From NCBI GenBank assembly GCA_051362555.1, contig CM120645.1:24332934-24396933 (forward strand): a stretch of DNA of 64,000 bases, written 5' to 3'. The stretch's first letter is position 1, and each line of letters begins with the position of its first letter. Origin of the DNA: Lingula anatina (Eukaryota; Animalia; Brachiopoda). Below the pieces are notes generated by a model that saw only the letters and a list, made by a program, of their open reading frames with translations, ran no database searches and was not told where the DNA came from. A program made the position numbers and the translations under genes. Below are positions 40,801 through 52,947 of the stretch, in pieces.

Positions 40801-43800
40801 GTAATAGTAAAAGTTGTACAGATACCCGAGGTAGCTGAATGATGCGGACACCTGTATTATAATAGCTATAAAAAGGAATAATAACGGAGATATAGTCGAT
40901 ATAGTCATGTTTGATGACCAGATCTTTCAAAAATATAGTCAATAAAGAGAAAGTTGGAGTTCAGGTAAAGGTTATGTTTATTTTTTCTCATTCTACATTC
41001 ACGTGTGTATATATAGGTTGTCTTTGTGCTTTCAGATCACCCTGCCCTCCGGAGCGTGGGTACAGGTGAGCACGGGACACTGGATGGGCATGAACGTGCA
41101 CGTGCACGCGCCAAGCTATTTCATGAACCAGATGAAAGACATGTGCGGTAATTTTAATGGTGATCGTGTTGATGACCAACACTCCAGCGCTTTCCTTGAG
41201 TCGCTCAGGTGAGACGTTAAAAACTAACTTTGTGGTTTTCTGAATTAATAACCAATATACCTTGCATCGTTTTAAATACATGTACTGAATAAGAACCATC
41301 TTTCAACACATATGGTCATTTTACATATGACGACAAAAGTACATAGTGACTAATTGTCACAGCATAGTAACAAAAATGTCTACGGACCCATTCAGAATAA
41401 AGGACTAACTAGTCCCAGGATCAAATATGGCGACCCACTAGGAAGCTTTCCGTCTAATCCGCTAATAAACACTAAATAGATATCCCGTGAGGAAGTATCC
41501 AAGTGGGTCAGCCATATTTGACCCTCGGACTAGTTAGTCCCCTATTCTGAATGAGGTCTTGTTGCTGAGGCTCGCAAAATTGATTATATGCATTCTTGTG
41601 TTAGTCCTCCCGACGAAAATCACATTCAATATTCTAAATGTCTTTTTTCAGCAACAACTTCTTTTAATTATTTTTGTTTGCTTACGTATTTAGCTAATAG
41701 AAGGTCTTGGGATAATTTTGTGAATTTTTTTCAGAGTTCCACCTCAAGGAACATATTTTCAGGCTAACGTCAAAATCCCAGAGATAGTGAAGTCTGTGGG
41801 TTCCCAAGGCAACAACTCAGCTTACTGTCACTGTCAGTCTGTGAACAAAAACGTCAATACAAACGCGCTCGTGTGTGACTTCAACCGCCACATTGCTGAC
41901 GGCGCCAACCTTAATGGATATACAAAAATTAATACCCCAATTCTTACCCGATATCCCGCAGGAAATGGAAAACGCAGCGACGCAGTGAATAGTCCGGCAG
42001 ACGATGATGAGATAGTGGACCTCAGTCTGTATAGTTATCCATTTGATTATGCAGAAAATACGCCAATAACCGTGCCCACGTTTTCTTGGCCCACTCCTGG
42101 GGGTCGCACCCAAAGATATGCCCTGGACTTGTGTCAGTAAGTATTTGTTTGATAATACATCTTTTGGTGACGTCGACTTAGACTAACTACAAAAATTGTT
42201 TTGCTCGTTGTTAGATATTAATGTGAGAATGCCTTTTTCACGGGCAAAAATTATGGGCATTCTGAATATACATGTAGGCTCTACATATTTGTAGGCATTA
42301 TTTTAATCAAACAGATATTACGCTCCATAGGGGAGACCGGGGCTAGTTGGACCCCGGGGTAAGTTGGTCCCCCGTCAATTTTTAAAAAGTAACCACGAAA
42401 GTTGGACCCTCATATTACCCATAAACCTTTGCGGGCAACGCTGTTTGAAATAAACAAGTTGGTGAAATTGACAAAGCTTGCCGGTGTTTACCGTCTGATT
42501 GATTTTATTTAATTTGCTCTCTGGTGTCTTTTCAAAAATTTATATTAGAAATGTTCTGTTGATTGTATGTAATAAAAAGTAAATCCATTGGAATATCCTT
42601 AGAAAAACATTTATTTCGCCTTAATTCATTGTAAGGGGATTCACTTTGTATTTATAGTGTTATATGTGGCCCCAAGGGGATTTTCCACCCCTCCCTAGCT
42701 AGAGACCATTGTTGAAACAAACTCAATGGTTTAAAACTGAATTTGTTACTTTATTTTAAAACGAACAATTATTATTCGTTTTCATTCATTAAAAGCCTGC
42801 TTTATACCATTATTAATTTATTCTTAATTAAAACAAAACAAATTTTATTGATAAATATTTTGGTTGGCCCCCCTGACGTCAACTGCGTTTTTTGTTAAAT
42901 TGTGAGCCATCTGGCATTATATTTGAAAAATAATGACGTTGCATACGTAGCCTTGTTCATGGGGCTTACTTTGAAACCGGTTTTGTTACTCTAACTCATT
43001 CCAAGTTGGCTCTACAAGGCCAAAAGTGTCTAACTGGGCCAACTAGCCCCGGTCTCCCCTATTATTGTTTGATTTCCCTGGGCTGTTTTTTTTTTTTTTT
43101 CTTCTTCTTCTTTTTTGTGAAAATACAAGTCCGTTAAGTGGCTGCCTACAAGTGCATATGAATAGTTCCCGTGTTAGACAATATACCGACATAAACATTA
43201 TGTTATGTTTGCGAATAGGTTTCCATTTGTCTTTCCAGCTCTGCTCTACGAAATTCCTCTGTTTACAGCCTGTGTCATAAAGTTCCAGACTTTGACAACT
43301 CTTTCATTTTGTCGCAATGTGTGGCCGACATACAGGTAACCAATAGAACGGTAATGGTCAGCACTGTAAACCGTCAGCTGTCACTTTTATATTGGTTATA
43401 CTGATACTTAACTTCACATGAAAACGATATTTTATGTTATTCTAGACCACAGTCATAAATTATGAAAAAAAAAACGTCTAGATCAGCTAAGTTTTTACAA
43501 ACAAATACAGAGTAACAGCCACCTTTATTACTGAGATTGTTCTGGATAATTTATACAATGTATGTTACTACCTTCAAACTTCCGCGTAGTAAAATATTTA
43601 GGAAAATATAATTAGGAAAATATATTGAAAATCTGATGGCAGCACGTTATTGACTACGTTTATATACATGTATGTTTGAGGACCTTCTGTGTACCAGATC
43701 CTCCCAAAACTGCTCCCCGAACGAAAACAAAATTATTAAAATACCATGCTCACTGCATATTTTTCTTTCTGTATTTTAAAACACCATAACCTCGGCAGAT

Positions 43801-44813
43801 GTTAGACGAGGAGACGGTGGCCCTGGAGACAGCCAGGGATACATTTGAGGCCACATGTCAGGTCGAGGTAGAAAAGCTTGAATTCCCCCCTCTGCCCGCC
43901 AGTGGGACTCCAGTTGCTGTACCAGCCAACCTACGTGAACTGGCAGCCATCGTCAACTCAGGGGCCATCAGCAGTAAAGTGTGCCCTAGCCACTGTAGTG
44001 GTAACGGGGACTGTGTCAACGGGAAATGTCAATGTCGACCCCCTTACGTGTCCCAAGATTGCTCCTTACGGGACTCCCAGCCTCCTGTAGTGTCTGAAAT
44101 TCAAGATGGAGGCATATGTGACGTCAGACGCAGGACATGCAAGAAGTTCCGTCTTGGCGTGTCTAACATAATGGAGGGTAAGGACTTCAAGTGCCAGGCA
44201 ACAGTTGCTAAGGTATGTCACGCGATAAGAGTGTCATGGAAAGTCGATGTCAAAGTGCGTTGTTGGCTCTGAAAGAATACCACTTATAAATAAAGGAGAC
44301 ATATTGAACGACCTATTCAAATGTGTGCATACTTGTGGTGATCTATAAATGAAATGAAATTAATTTTCGATTTCAGATTGATCTATCCACCAGTATCCGT
44401 ACCCCAGGCATGGTCTCGGACACCACTGCAGATATGATTTCCTTCGCAGAAATGACATGCGCATTACCGCCACACTCTGTGAAGATATTTGACGGTGTGA
44501 CGTCATCACCAGGCACACCTGCCCTCGGTTTCACTCTTGCCGTCAGCAATAACGGGAAAGACTATTCCAACGCCGTGAACGTCACAGTCTATGACTCCAA
44601 GTGTGTCACGTGTACCGGCCATACCTGTGTCAGAAAGGTAGGTGGAATACCCAGGTGTGCCAATATTCAGTAGTGCCTTGGGCTACAAAAAGTTCCCATT
44701 GAGTGTAGACTGCTAAATTGTCAGGAGGTTGTCTGCTTGGTGAAAGTACGTGGACCTTGTTTCGACGAAGACTGAAATGTGCAACGACACACAATTATTA
44801 TTATTATTATTAA

Positions 44814-44855
<42 letters not shown>

Positions 44856-47532
44856 AGAAATGACTGACGTTTGCACATGAACATTGGGTTTTCGGAAAAA
44901 CTTGAAAAGAAGTGATTTAATTGTTGTTGGAGTTTTCTCCCCCTAACATCCCCACCCTCCTCCCCATCCTAATACACACATGACAACACCCATTTGGTGC
45001 ACGGTGCTGAACTTACAAAGGAGTTATCCTCCCTGAATATTGACAAATCTTTTCTTTTTTTTTCTGTGCAGGCTGGCACGTGCGTAATTAACGGGTACTG
45101 TATTGCGGACGGTGAGAGTCACCCTGGAGATCCCTGCCAGGAATGTGACGTGAACTCCAGTACAGACCAATGGACCAGACGGACAGGTAGGGGGAAGTAT
45201 TCTGGACCTGACGGACAGGTAGGGGGTAGTATTCTGGACCAGACGGACAGGTAGGGGGTAGTATTCTGGACCAGACGGACAGGTAGGCGGTAGTATTCTG
45301 GACCAGACGGACAGGTAGGGGGTACAGTGTAGTATTCTGGACCTGACGGACAGGTAGGGGGTACAGTGTAGTACTCTGGACCAGACGGACAGGTAGGGGG
45401 TAGTATTCTGAACCAGACGGACAGGTAGGGGGTAGTATTCTGGACCAGACGGACAGGTAGGGGGTACAGTGTAGTATTCTGAACCAGACGGACAGGTAGG
45501 GGGTACAGTGTAGTATTCTGAACCAGACGGACAGGTAGGGGGTACAGTGTAGTATTCTGAACCAGACGGACAGGTAGGGGGTACAGTGTAGTATTCTGAA
45601 CCAGACGGACAGGTAGGGGGTACAGTGTAGTATTCTGGACCAGGTAGACAGATAGATGCTATTGATTTGAGGAGTTGGCAAGAATCATACGAGGAGTTGT
45701 GACGAATCATACGAGGAGTTGTGACGGTATATATTGTGTGACGTAGATGTGTATACATGTTTCTGCTTGGATCATGAATTTCCTGCCAAAAGGAGTTATA
45801 AAGCAATTGTCTTCTTTACAAGAATTATTGCCTAGTCTCCACCTGTCGACGTCAAAAAACATTTTTTCTTTTCTTTTTCTCTTGTTTTTCCAGATGGGAA
45901 GTGCGCCAAGACGTGCAACTGTAAGCCAGGTTTCCAATGTAACCCCTCCACGATCACCTGTGAAGGTAGGGGATACTGCAGTGAATTACCAGTATATCGT
46001 CTTTATAAGTAAGAATATAAACCTGTAGATTTCATGGTAAATTAATTTGGTGTCATTCTTAGCATGTCTGGCCTAAAATCGTAAAGACTCAAATGTAATA
46101 TTTCCTTGCCTTCAGATATCAACGAATGCCAGAATACAAGTATATGTGGTCTCTACGAAGAGTGCCGTAATACTGAAGGCAGCTTTTATTGTTATAGTAA
46201 GTGCTAAAAGGCATTGAAAAAGGAAACAGCAAAATGTTTCAATAAGCATAAGTGCAAATATAAACAACGTATATTTGATTTTACTTTGCACATTCATTTC
46301 TGGGTAAAAAAGTGATGATATTGTACGGACATCCGTCGTGCGATATGCATCTGTTATTATTTGTCATTTAAAGCACGCATTCGATTTACTGCGTTTGCGC
46401 CCATTCACAATATATATTAAGTAGCTGTAAAAGAAGGGGTTTTCATTAATTTGCATTTTCATTAAATTATGTTTTATTTTAACAGGGCGTACCTCGGGGT
46501 GTCCTCAGCACTACGCAAAGTTCGGGAACGCTTTCTGTTATCGCGTGCACCTGTCTAAGTCGACCTTCACCCAGTCACGTGCTACTTGTACCAGCGAGGG
46601 GGGCGATCTGGCCATGCTGTCTCGGGGAGATTACAAAGCTTTAACCAACAATATTGCGGGAAATCTTGGGCTCTTGTGGATAGGTGAGTTCATTTTAGAG
46701 ATGGCATGCAGTGAGAAACGATGGTAATTGTTGGTGTTTCATTTGACGTTTGACTGTCATGGAATTCACAGGTGAAAGTTCTAATTTGGAATCACCACAA
46801 CCATAACAATAAGTACATTTATAACGGAATTCATATGCAGACCAGTAGTGAGACTTTAAGTTTTCTTTCAGTGAAACGGTTTAGTCATTAGGTAAAAGCG
46901 CCCTGTATGATGAATGTCCTATCACTTTCTCATCATATGTACTGGTGTATATGACTTCATCAGCAGTTTTACCACTACTTGTTTAGCGGTATATTTCGGA
47001 GAGATACAAAAACAGAGACATTTTTAATAAATAAAAAATCGCTTTATTTTATTAGAAAGTACACTGTATATGACATGCTTAAACCGTTACCGGAGGTAAG
47101 CTTTGCAATTTAAAAAAATATAGCATTTCCTTCAAATGAACAGATTTCTTTGACATAACTTGGCATTATTAAAAGCATCAATATATATTTATGGAAACAA
47201 AAACAACCAAACACGCCGTACATGACCATATTTTCAAGTAAACTAAAATACTTTCCCTCATTTCCATATGATTTAGTCCCAAATGCAACAAATACCAACA
47301 TGTGTCATCTTTAAAATGGTATATTTTAGGAGTCGTCCTAGACAGAGTTGACAACCTTTACAGATACATAGATGATTCGGACTATCTTCCCTGGGTCAAT
47401 GGACTTCCGCTCGATGTCAAGAAAGGACTTAATTGCGTTGCCATGGATACCAACGCCGCATTTCGGTATGTCGGCAAAAGATGCACAAACACGGCGGGCT
47501 TTGTGTGCCAGGCCAAATGGCAAAAACCATAA
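34803..47532 (+). CDS. VWDE-like secreted multidomain protein, copy B (~1237 aa): UMOD/OIT3-type Cys domain, VWD, EGF, cbEGF, C-type lectin
   Basis: 21 exons in phase (3714 nt): 34803-34845, 35094-35259, 35642-35937, 36208-36276, 37119-37243, 37573-37683, 37914-38009, 38306-38713, 39356-39429, 39912-39981, 40197-40436, 41036-41208, 41735-42136, 43239-43335, 43799-44212, 44377-44637, 45072-45186, 45894-45965, 46116-46196, 46486-46683, 47330-47532. Motifs NDPHIRSFD, MCGNFNGD, DINEC...CRNTEGSFYC and CTL FCY...WIG...CVAM...FVCQ. Confidence 0.9.
35327..35365. repeat. (GAAT)n microsatellite
   Basis: Directly visible in intron 2 of copy B. Confidence 0.9.
38736..39022. mobile_element. Fold-back MITE, TAA target duplication (PIF/Harbinger-Tourist type)
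   Basis: About 115-bp imperfect inverted arms (ATCCGAGTACTAACTGA...AAATATGGCCGACC), GG...CC ends and TAA on both sides. Absent from the equivalent intron of copy A (~8870-8905). Confidence 0.85.
41383..41559. mobile_element. MITE related to the 38736-39022 element
   Basis: About 55-bp inverted arms (CATTCAGAATA..GGACTAACTAGTCC..TCAAATATGGC..GACCCACT). Absent from the equivalent intron of copy A (~6370-6420). Ends are approximate. Confidence 0.8.
42330..43059. mobile_element. 730-bp non-autonomous DNA transposon with TA TSD (Tc1/mariner-pogo type)
   Basis: Perfect 21-bp TIRs GGGGAGACCGGGGCTAGTTGG, TA on both flanks, no internal ORF. Absent from copy A (~5490). Confidence 0.9.
44794..44853. 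repeat. (ATT)n microsatellite
   Basis: Directly visible. Confidence 0.95.
45171..45647 (+). repeat. Minisatellite of 13 units (32 or 39 bp) spanning an exon/intron junction
   Basis: Unit TG(G/A)ACCAGACGGACAG|GTAGGGGGT(ACAGTGT)AGTATTC. Six 32-bp and seven 39-bp units plus a partial unit. Confidence 0.95.
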
Positions 47533-48858
47533 CTTTGATTTTCAAACCATCTTAGGTCAGCTCTCAAATAACAGTGTTTCAAATGAAAATCCGTAATACA
47601 GGCAGTTTATAACGTTGACAAAATGTTTACTTACTTCTCAATATTCGAGATTGATTTAGATAGGCACGATGGTGAGGCAAGCTCTGCGATAACGAGGCTG
47701 TTTGTTTGTGACTGAGTACTGGTGAGCAGTTTACAGTATTTTCGTCCCTAGATCATTGTATTACCTGTTTTTGACATTAAAATATCCTAATCTTCTGTAA
47801 TTGAAGTGCATGTTATACATTTAAAACATATTGAAACATCGTGTTGAATTTAGAGCTTCAAACAAATGAGTATTTCGAGATCAGTTCTGAAGAGACAAAA
47901 AATACCGTCGTTTGCACGTCAGAAAATCCGTTACCAACTGTGTTCATTATTTCAGAACATCTAGTTTCCCAACAATTTCAAGTTCCTACATGTACTTTGT
48001 GGAAATTTACATTGTTATTAGTGCAGGATACAAATGTTAACGCGATAAAATTATCCATAAATCGCCTTTATATCGAAAAGGGTTCAATTTTGACAATTTT
48101 ATTTTTTGCATTCATTCAAAGGCAAAATGTCAACGTACTCATCTATAATATGAAATCCGTATCAAAGAAGTTCTATTTTATGACATTTTGGCCACTCCAA
48201 TACACATTAATACAATACACCCCAGTACACAAGAAAGTATTTATCGGTTACTTATACTGGCCTTCCAATTAATGGCACTTGTTAAACAGCTGTGTGTGTA
48301 CAGAGAAAGAAGTATACCACTTTCGATTGCTGGTGTGAAGAAGTTTCAGTTCATTTTGGCGACTACATTGAGGTGGTTGTGACACAATGCGGTAGGTGTT
48401 CCAGTGTAATTGTGCTTTATTGTAAAACAGACTGAGGCTAGGTATTTTTAAAAATTTTAATTTTTTTTTTCAAATTAAAATTACACCAGTTTTCATGTGT
48501 GCGTACCATGGCTACCAATTTCTTCAATGAAAGTAAACAGAAAATAAAGTGGAATGATAAACGTTTTATCCACCACAACTGAGCTGTTTTAATCCTGTGC
48601 CCTGCGTCCCTCAGAAATAGCATAACTAAGGCATAATACCTCAGCCGGGCAGAAATGTTGTATTCACACAAAGTATACAAATTGCTTTTTGAATCCGCAA
48701 CTCCGCATTCTAGCAACACTTCCCTGTCTGTATTAATATATTTATAAATCAAGTTTAAGGTATATTTATTTTAAGTTAAATATGTTAACGAATAACTATA
48801 AGTTTTGAAAAAATATTAGGACCGGAGTCACGTCAACCAGTATGTGTTTAGTCTTGTC

Positions 48859-50265
48859 TTAACCAGGTCTTTTGTCCAGACTGGTGGTTTTACTTCCTTG
48901 TGATTTACTGGCAGTGTTCTGCACTTGATGTTGTTTAGACCGTGAAGTGGAATTAGTGACGACATCAGAACTTGCCTCGCTACTACTGCAGCGACAGGAA
49001 AATTTGCGCCACAATCTTCGGTACCCGTCCTTCACTTCCGGCAGTCTGACGCCATACACAATGGGGTCTATTATCGGGTTCAGAAGCGCAAACAGACCCG
49101 CTATGTGCTGAGCGAGAAAACGTCCGTCCCAGTCAGGTGATGTCTTATTCTTAAATGACAATATCAGGAAAGCCATCACCACGGCAGGCGTCCAGAACAG
49201 TATGATGGTGACCAGGAGAAGGCCGATGGTAACATGGAGTTTCATATCTTTCTGAATTCCCTTGGCGTGCTGAGAGGCTGAAATTGCCGCCTCCTTTTTC
49301 AAAACGCTCTTAATTTTCCACCAAAGCAACCCGTAGAGTAAAATATTAAAAATCTCTAGGACGCTGCATAACGTTCCAATATACAAGACTGAACTCCAGA
49401 AGTATTCTCCGTAAAAATGCTCCCAGCATTGGCCGGAATCTGTGTATTCATTTGTAGTAAGATACCCGACATGGAGACCAACATGAACAAGCAGCTGAAA
49501 ACACAGCGAGAGGACAAGACCCAGTGTTACCCTGCGCCTGTTCACAATGGTGGGAAACTTAAGCGGGTGCAAGATAGAAATTGACTGAATGATAACGATG
49601 CACGTGGTAGCAATAAGAGGGGGCCCCATGCTAAATCTGGCTAGGTCGTTCAGGATCTCGTCCCAGCAGCCAAAGGCCTCAGCTGAGAGCGCTTTGGAAC
49701 CGTCTGTGTACAGCAGCGTCATCAGGAGAGCGTAGACGAAGTCAACCGTGGCAAACAATAGGTCTGTGAACGCTATGAACTTCAGTGCCAGGTAAAAGGA
49801 GGAGCTGCGTTTGCTCGTCTTGGCCTGACTCAGTGCCAGCAGAGATATGACATTAAACACAATCCCAACCAAGCACAATGCCATCTCGCAGGGATAAAGT
49901 ATATTACTGTAAGACGTGGTAAAGGAACAGTTATTACACGACTCATTGTACACAGAGCTGTTTAAATAAGAATAGTTCAGTTGTGCATCTGTGTCGTTTA
50001 AAAAAGAAACGTTCCATTGTTCTACCTTCCTAGACACTGGGGTGGTATGTGGCGGGGTTTCTATGATAGGATTGGGCGGTGGCGTCATCGGGCCCCATGC
50101 CGGCATTGCAATAATGTTTGGTTCAGGTGTTGGAGGTCTTGTCATGAATTGTAGAGGCGGCGGTGTCCACAGCTCTAAAGGCGGCGGTGTCCACAGAGTC
50201 AAAGGTGGCTGTGTCAACAGTTCTAGAGGTGGCGGTGTCAACAGTGTTAAATTTGGTAACGCCAT
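48859..50265 (-). CDS. Orphan class A GPCR 1 with Pro-rich repetitive N-terminus
   Basis: Seven hydrophobic segments, TM1 N, TM2 AFTD, ICL2 HPLKF, TM6 FWTP and TM7 DPIVY. Single coding exon. Confidence 0.92.
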   Translation of the reverse strand: MALPNLTLLTPPPLELLTQPPLTLWTPPPLELWTPPPLQFMTRPPTPEPNIIAMPAWGPMTPPPNPIIETPPHTTPVSRKVEQWNVSFLNDTDAQLNYSYLNSSVYNESCNNCSFTTSYSNILYPCEMALCLVGIVFNVISLLALSQAKTSKRSSSFYLALKFIAFTDLLFATVDFVYALLMTLLYTDGSKALSAEAFGCWDEILNDLARFSMGPPLIATTCIVIIQSISILHPLKFPTIVNRRRVTLGLVLSLCFQLLVHVGLHVGYLTTNEYTDSGQCWEHFYGEYFWSSVLYIGTLCSVLEIFNILLYGLLWWKIKSVLKKEAAISASQHAKGIQKDMKLHVTIGLLLVTIILFWTPAVVMAFLILSFKNKTSPDWDGRFLAQHIAGLFALLNPIIDPIVYGVRLPEVKDGYRRLWRKFSCRCSSSEASSDVVTNSTSRSKQHQVQNTASKSQGSKTTSLDKRPG

Positions 50266-52947
50266 TTTGGGACAAAAGTTATCAAAAGGTACAGTATATT
50301 ACCTGCTCGTCCAAACAGAATAAGTATTTAGAATGCTCCTGTTTCTTGGTGAAATGCTATACTGTTGCTATGACAAAGCTGAACTGTTCCTGGGGCACCT
50401 GTGCTAAGCTAGGAGATGATCGCATTAAAATCCTTGTAAAAATCCCAAGTCATTCAAAACAACCAAGAAAGGTGTATCTAATGTCATCTTCGAACCAACT
50501 GAGTGATAGGTCAGCCACGTGGTCTATATTTCACACACTTCTCCAGTTGCAGTTATTTCTTCCTCAGTTTTACAAAGAGAAATAACTTAGTATTAGCGTA
50601 AAGTTGAGATGTTTTAACAATGACGCACGAATATCTCAAGGTGTTAGGGTCTCCACGTCCTACACAAACAGTGTTAGTACTGTTTCCGTGCGGGGTTGAA
50701 CCTTTCCCCTGCCCGTAATTACTATGTCTGTACAAAGACTCGTTATTTCGCTTTGTTCAGTGATCTACGTCGTTGTGAAATGCCTGTTCCCGGATGTCTG
50801 TCCCCGCACTTGGTCCTGTCCCCGATATAAAAACGACGTTAAGTCGGTATGCCTGCACATCCATTCTACTTAATAATACATTGTGCTGACATGACGTGGG
50901 TGACAACACGGACAATCCCTTCTGTCTCTTAATATTGAAAGGTTATTTATCCCAAGCCTGCAGGGCACATGACGTTCTGTTTTTTCTAAAGATGACAACA
51001 GTTTTAACACATATCTCTGAACAGACGAGCGCGAATGACGTAGACCTTTCCAGTAAAACGTTAATAGACACGGAAAACAGATAAGATGACACTCCTCTAT
51101 TCTACTGGATGCAGAACTATTATGTGACTTATATCAGTGGAGAGAAAAGTGGCGATAAGAGTAAAAATGCATCAGATGATGAATTCTCTCATCAAACTCC
51201 AAATTAAGTTTACTATAAGTAAGATAAATGCATTTTACGGGAAGCCATTACCATTGTCCCCTTGCTATTAACAGCAATGTCAATAAATATTACAATTAAA
51301 ACTGTACCATTGAATTAGCTCAGTACTTTCAAGGTGTCTATGCCTTAATGGATTCATCCACTCGGGTACTAACATTAAATAGACCGTGACTCACATTTAT
51401 GACTTATGGCCAGCTTTACATATGAATGACGTCTGAGACCACATTCCCATTGGTCTACTTGGATCGACCCAGGGACTCTCGCAAAGTGTAATCAGCTTAA
51501 CTAAATGACACGCCTTCTTTAGTTTCCAACATACTTGTATAATCAACACCCAGTTTCTGTTTTCTGCTCAACGCTTGGAGGAGGAGGCGTGTCATTCTGT
51601 AAAGCTGATTGCAGTCAGGCTGATTGCAGTCAGCGAGAGTCCCCGCAGAGTTGGGTCTTTCCACGTAGACCGATGCTGTCTATGGGTATGGGGCCTTACT
51701 GCCGTCCCCTAGATTTACATCGTGAAAAGAAAGGTCACGGTTAGGAAAAGTGGGCGGAAAAGATAAGAATAGGGTGGCTGTCAATGACATGCATTGAAAT
51801 GCTAAAATGACTAGTGTGCAGTATAACATATTTCTCCTCAGGGATTTGTTTAAAAAAAGAAAAGATTTCACCAAGACAACAATATTAATCTTTATATCCT
51901 GGCCATGGTCAACGTAGGAACACACGTCTTTCTGCCGCCATTTTCATATTTACGCGCACATCCCGCAGTGTTGTGAACGTTATTTTCTGCTACCAGGGGC
52001 TTGTAATAGTAAACAAAATTTAAAAAAAAACATTTTGTAACATAGCACAAGCGCACCCTGTGGTCAGAGAGTAATAATGGACCTCTAACAGAGTAATGAG
52101 GGAGAATGACGCTGTGGAGAATTAATGGGGAGGTTAATGAAGCTCTTTGAAGGCTCTATGATCAATGCTAAATGTACTCTTAATGCGGTGACGATATCCG
52201 CTTCTAAACTTTACAGAATGCTCATTATCTCTGGTTTCTATGGTAACGTTAAGAGTTTTTATTGAGCAATAACAATGCACTTACAAAGCACATCTATTTT
52301 TAGACTGTGTGTGTGCGTGTGCGCGCGTGTGTGTTTGTGCATGTGTTTGTGCGTGCTTGTGTCTGTACGTGTGTACGCGTGTGTTAATTTACCTGTGGCT
52401 TACGCATAAGCCTATATGATATGTGGCTCAAATTTGCCTTTTATCTGTCCTATGATGAATCTTAAAGTACACAATAAATAATAGCCGCATCAAATTGAAT
52501 ATAACATAACCGATAACTCACTTCGAATAAAGGGGACGGACGGATGCAATGTCATTGTTTTGAGAAAAAGGTATTGTGTTTCCATTTGAAGCACTCTTTG
52601 ATCAATAAATGCATTAATAAAAACGTGTGTCGTTATTTATATAAAGTGAAAGCAGTTGTGTTCCAGTTCATTTCGCGGTTACAGATCCAGGAACAAGTAC
52701 ACTACAACCAGAAAGATATCATTTTGTCTGCGTTAGCAAGCACTGGTATGTTGTGTTAACCCCTTTATCTTAGCACTGATTATGGAGACAAAAGTCATCG
52801 AATTGTAGATTTTGTTGAATTTAACGAGTTTATTTTTCATAATTTGCTTTTTAATACACGTACTGTATTATTGCTTACGTGTTTATTGCACAAATCTAAA
52901 CTCAATGTGTTAATGTTTCCAGATTTCGAAGGGAACGAGAAGGCGAG

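Noticed and set aside
45024-45806. 260-aa and 197-aa minus-strand ORFs with repeated YYTVPPTCPSG / CRISPR-like periodicity
   Set aside because: These are translations of the intronic minisatellite. The units have no unique spacers, there are no cas genes, and the context is eukaryotic.
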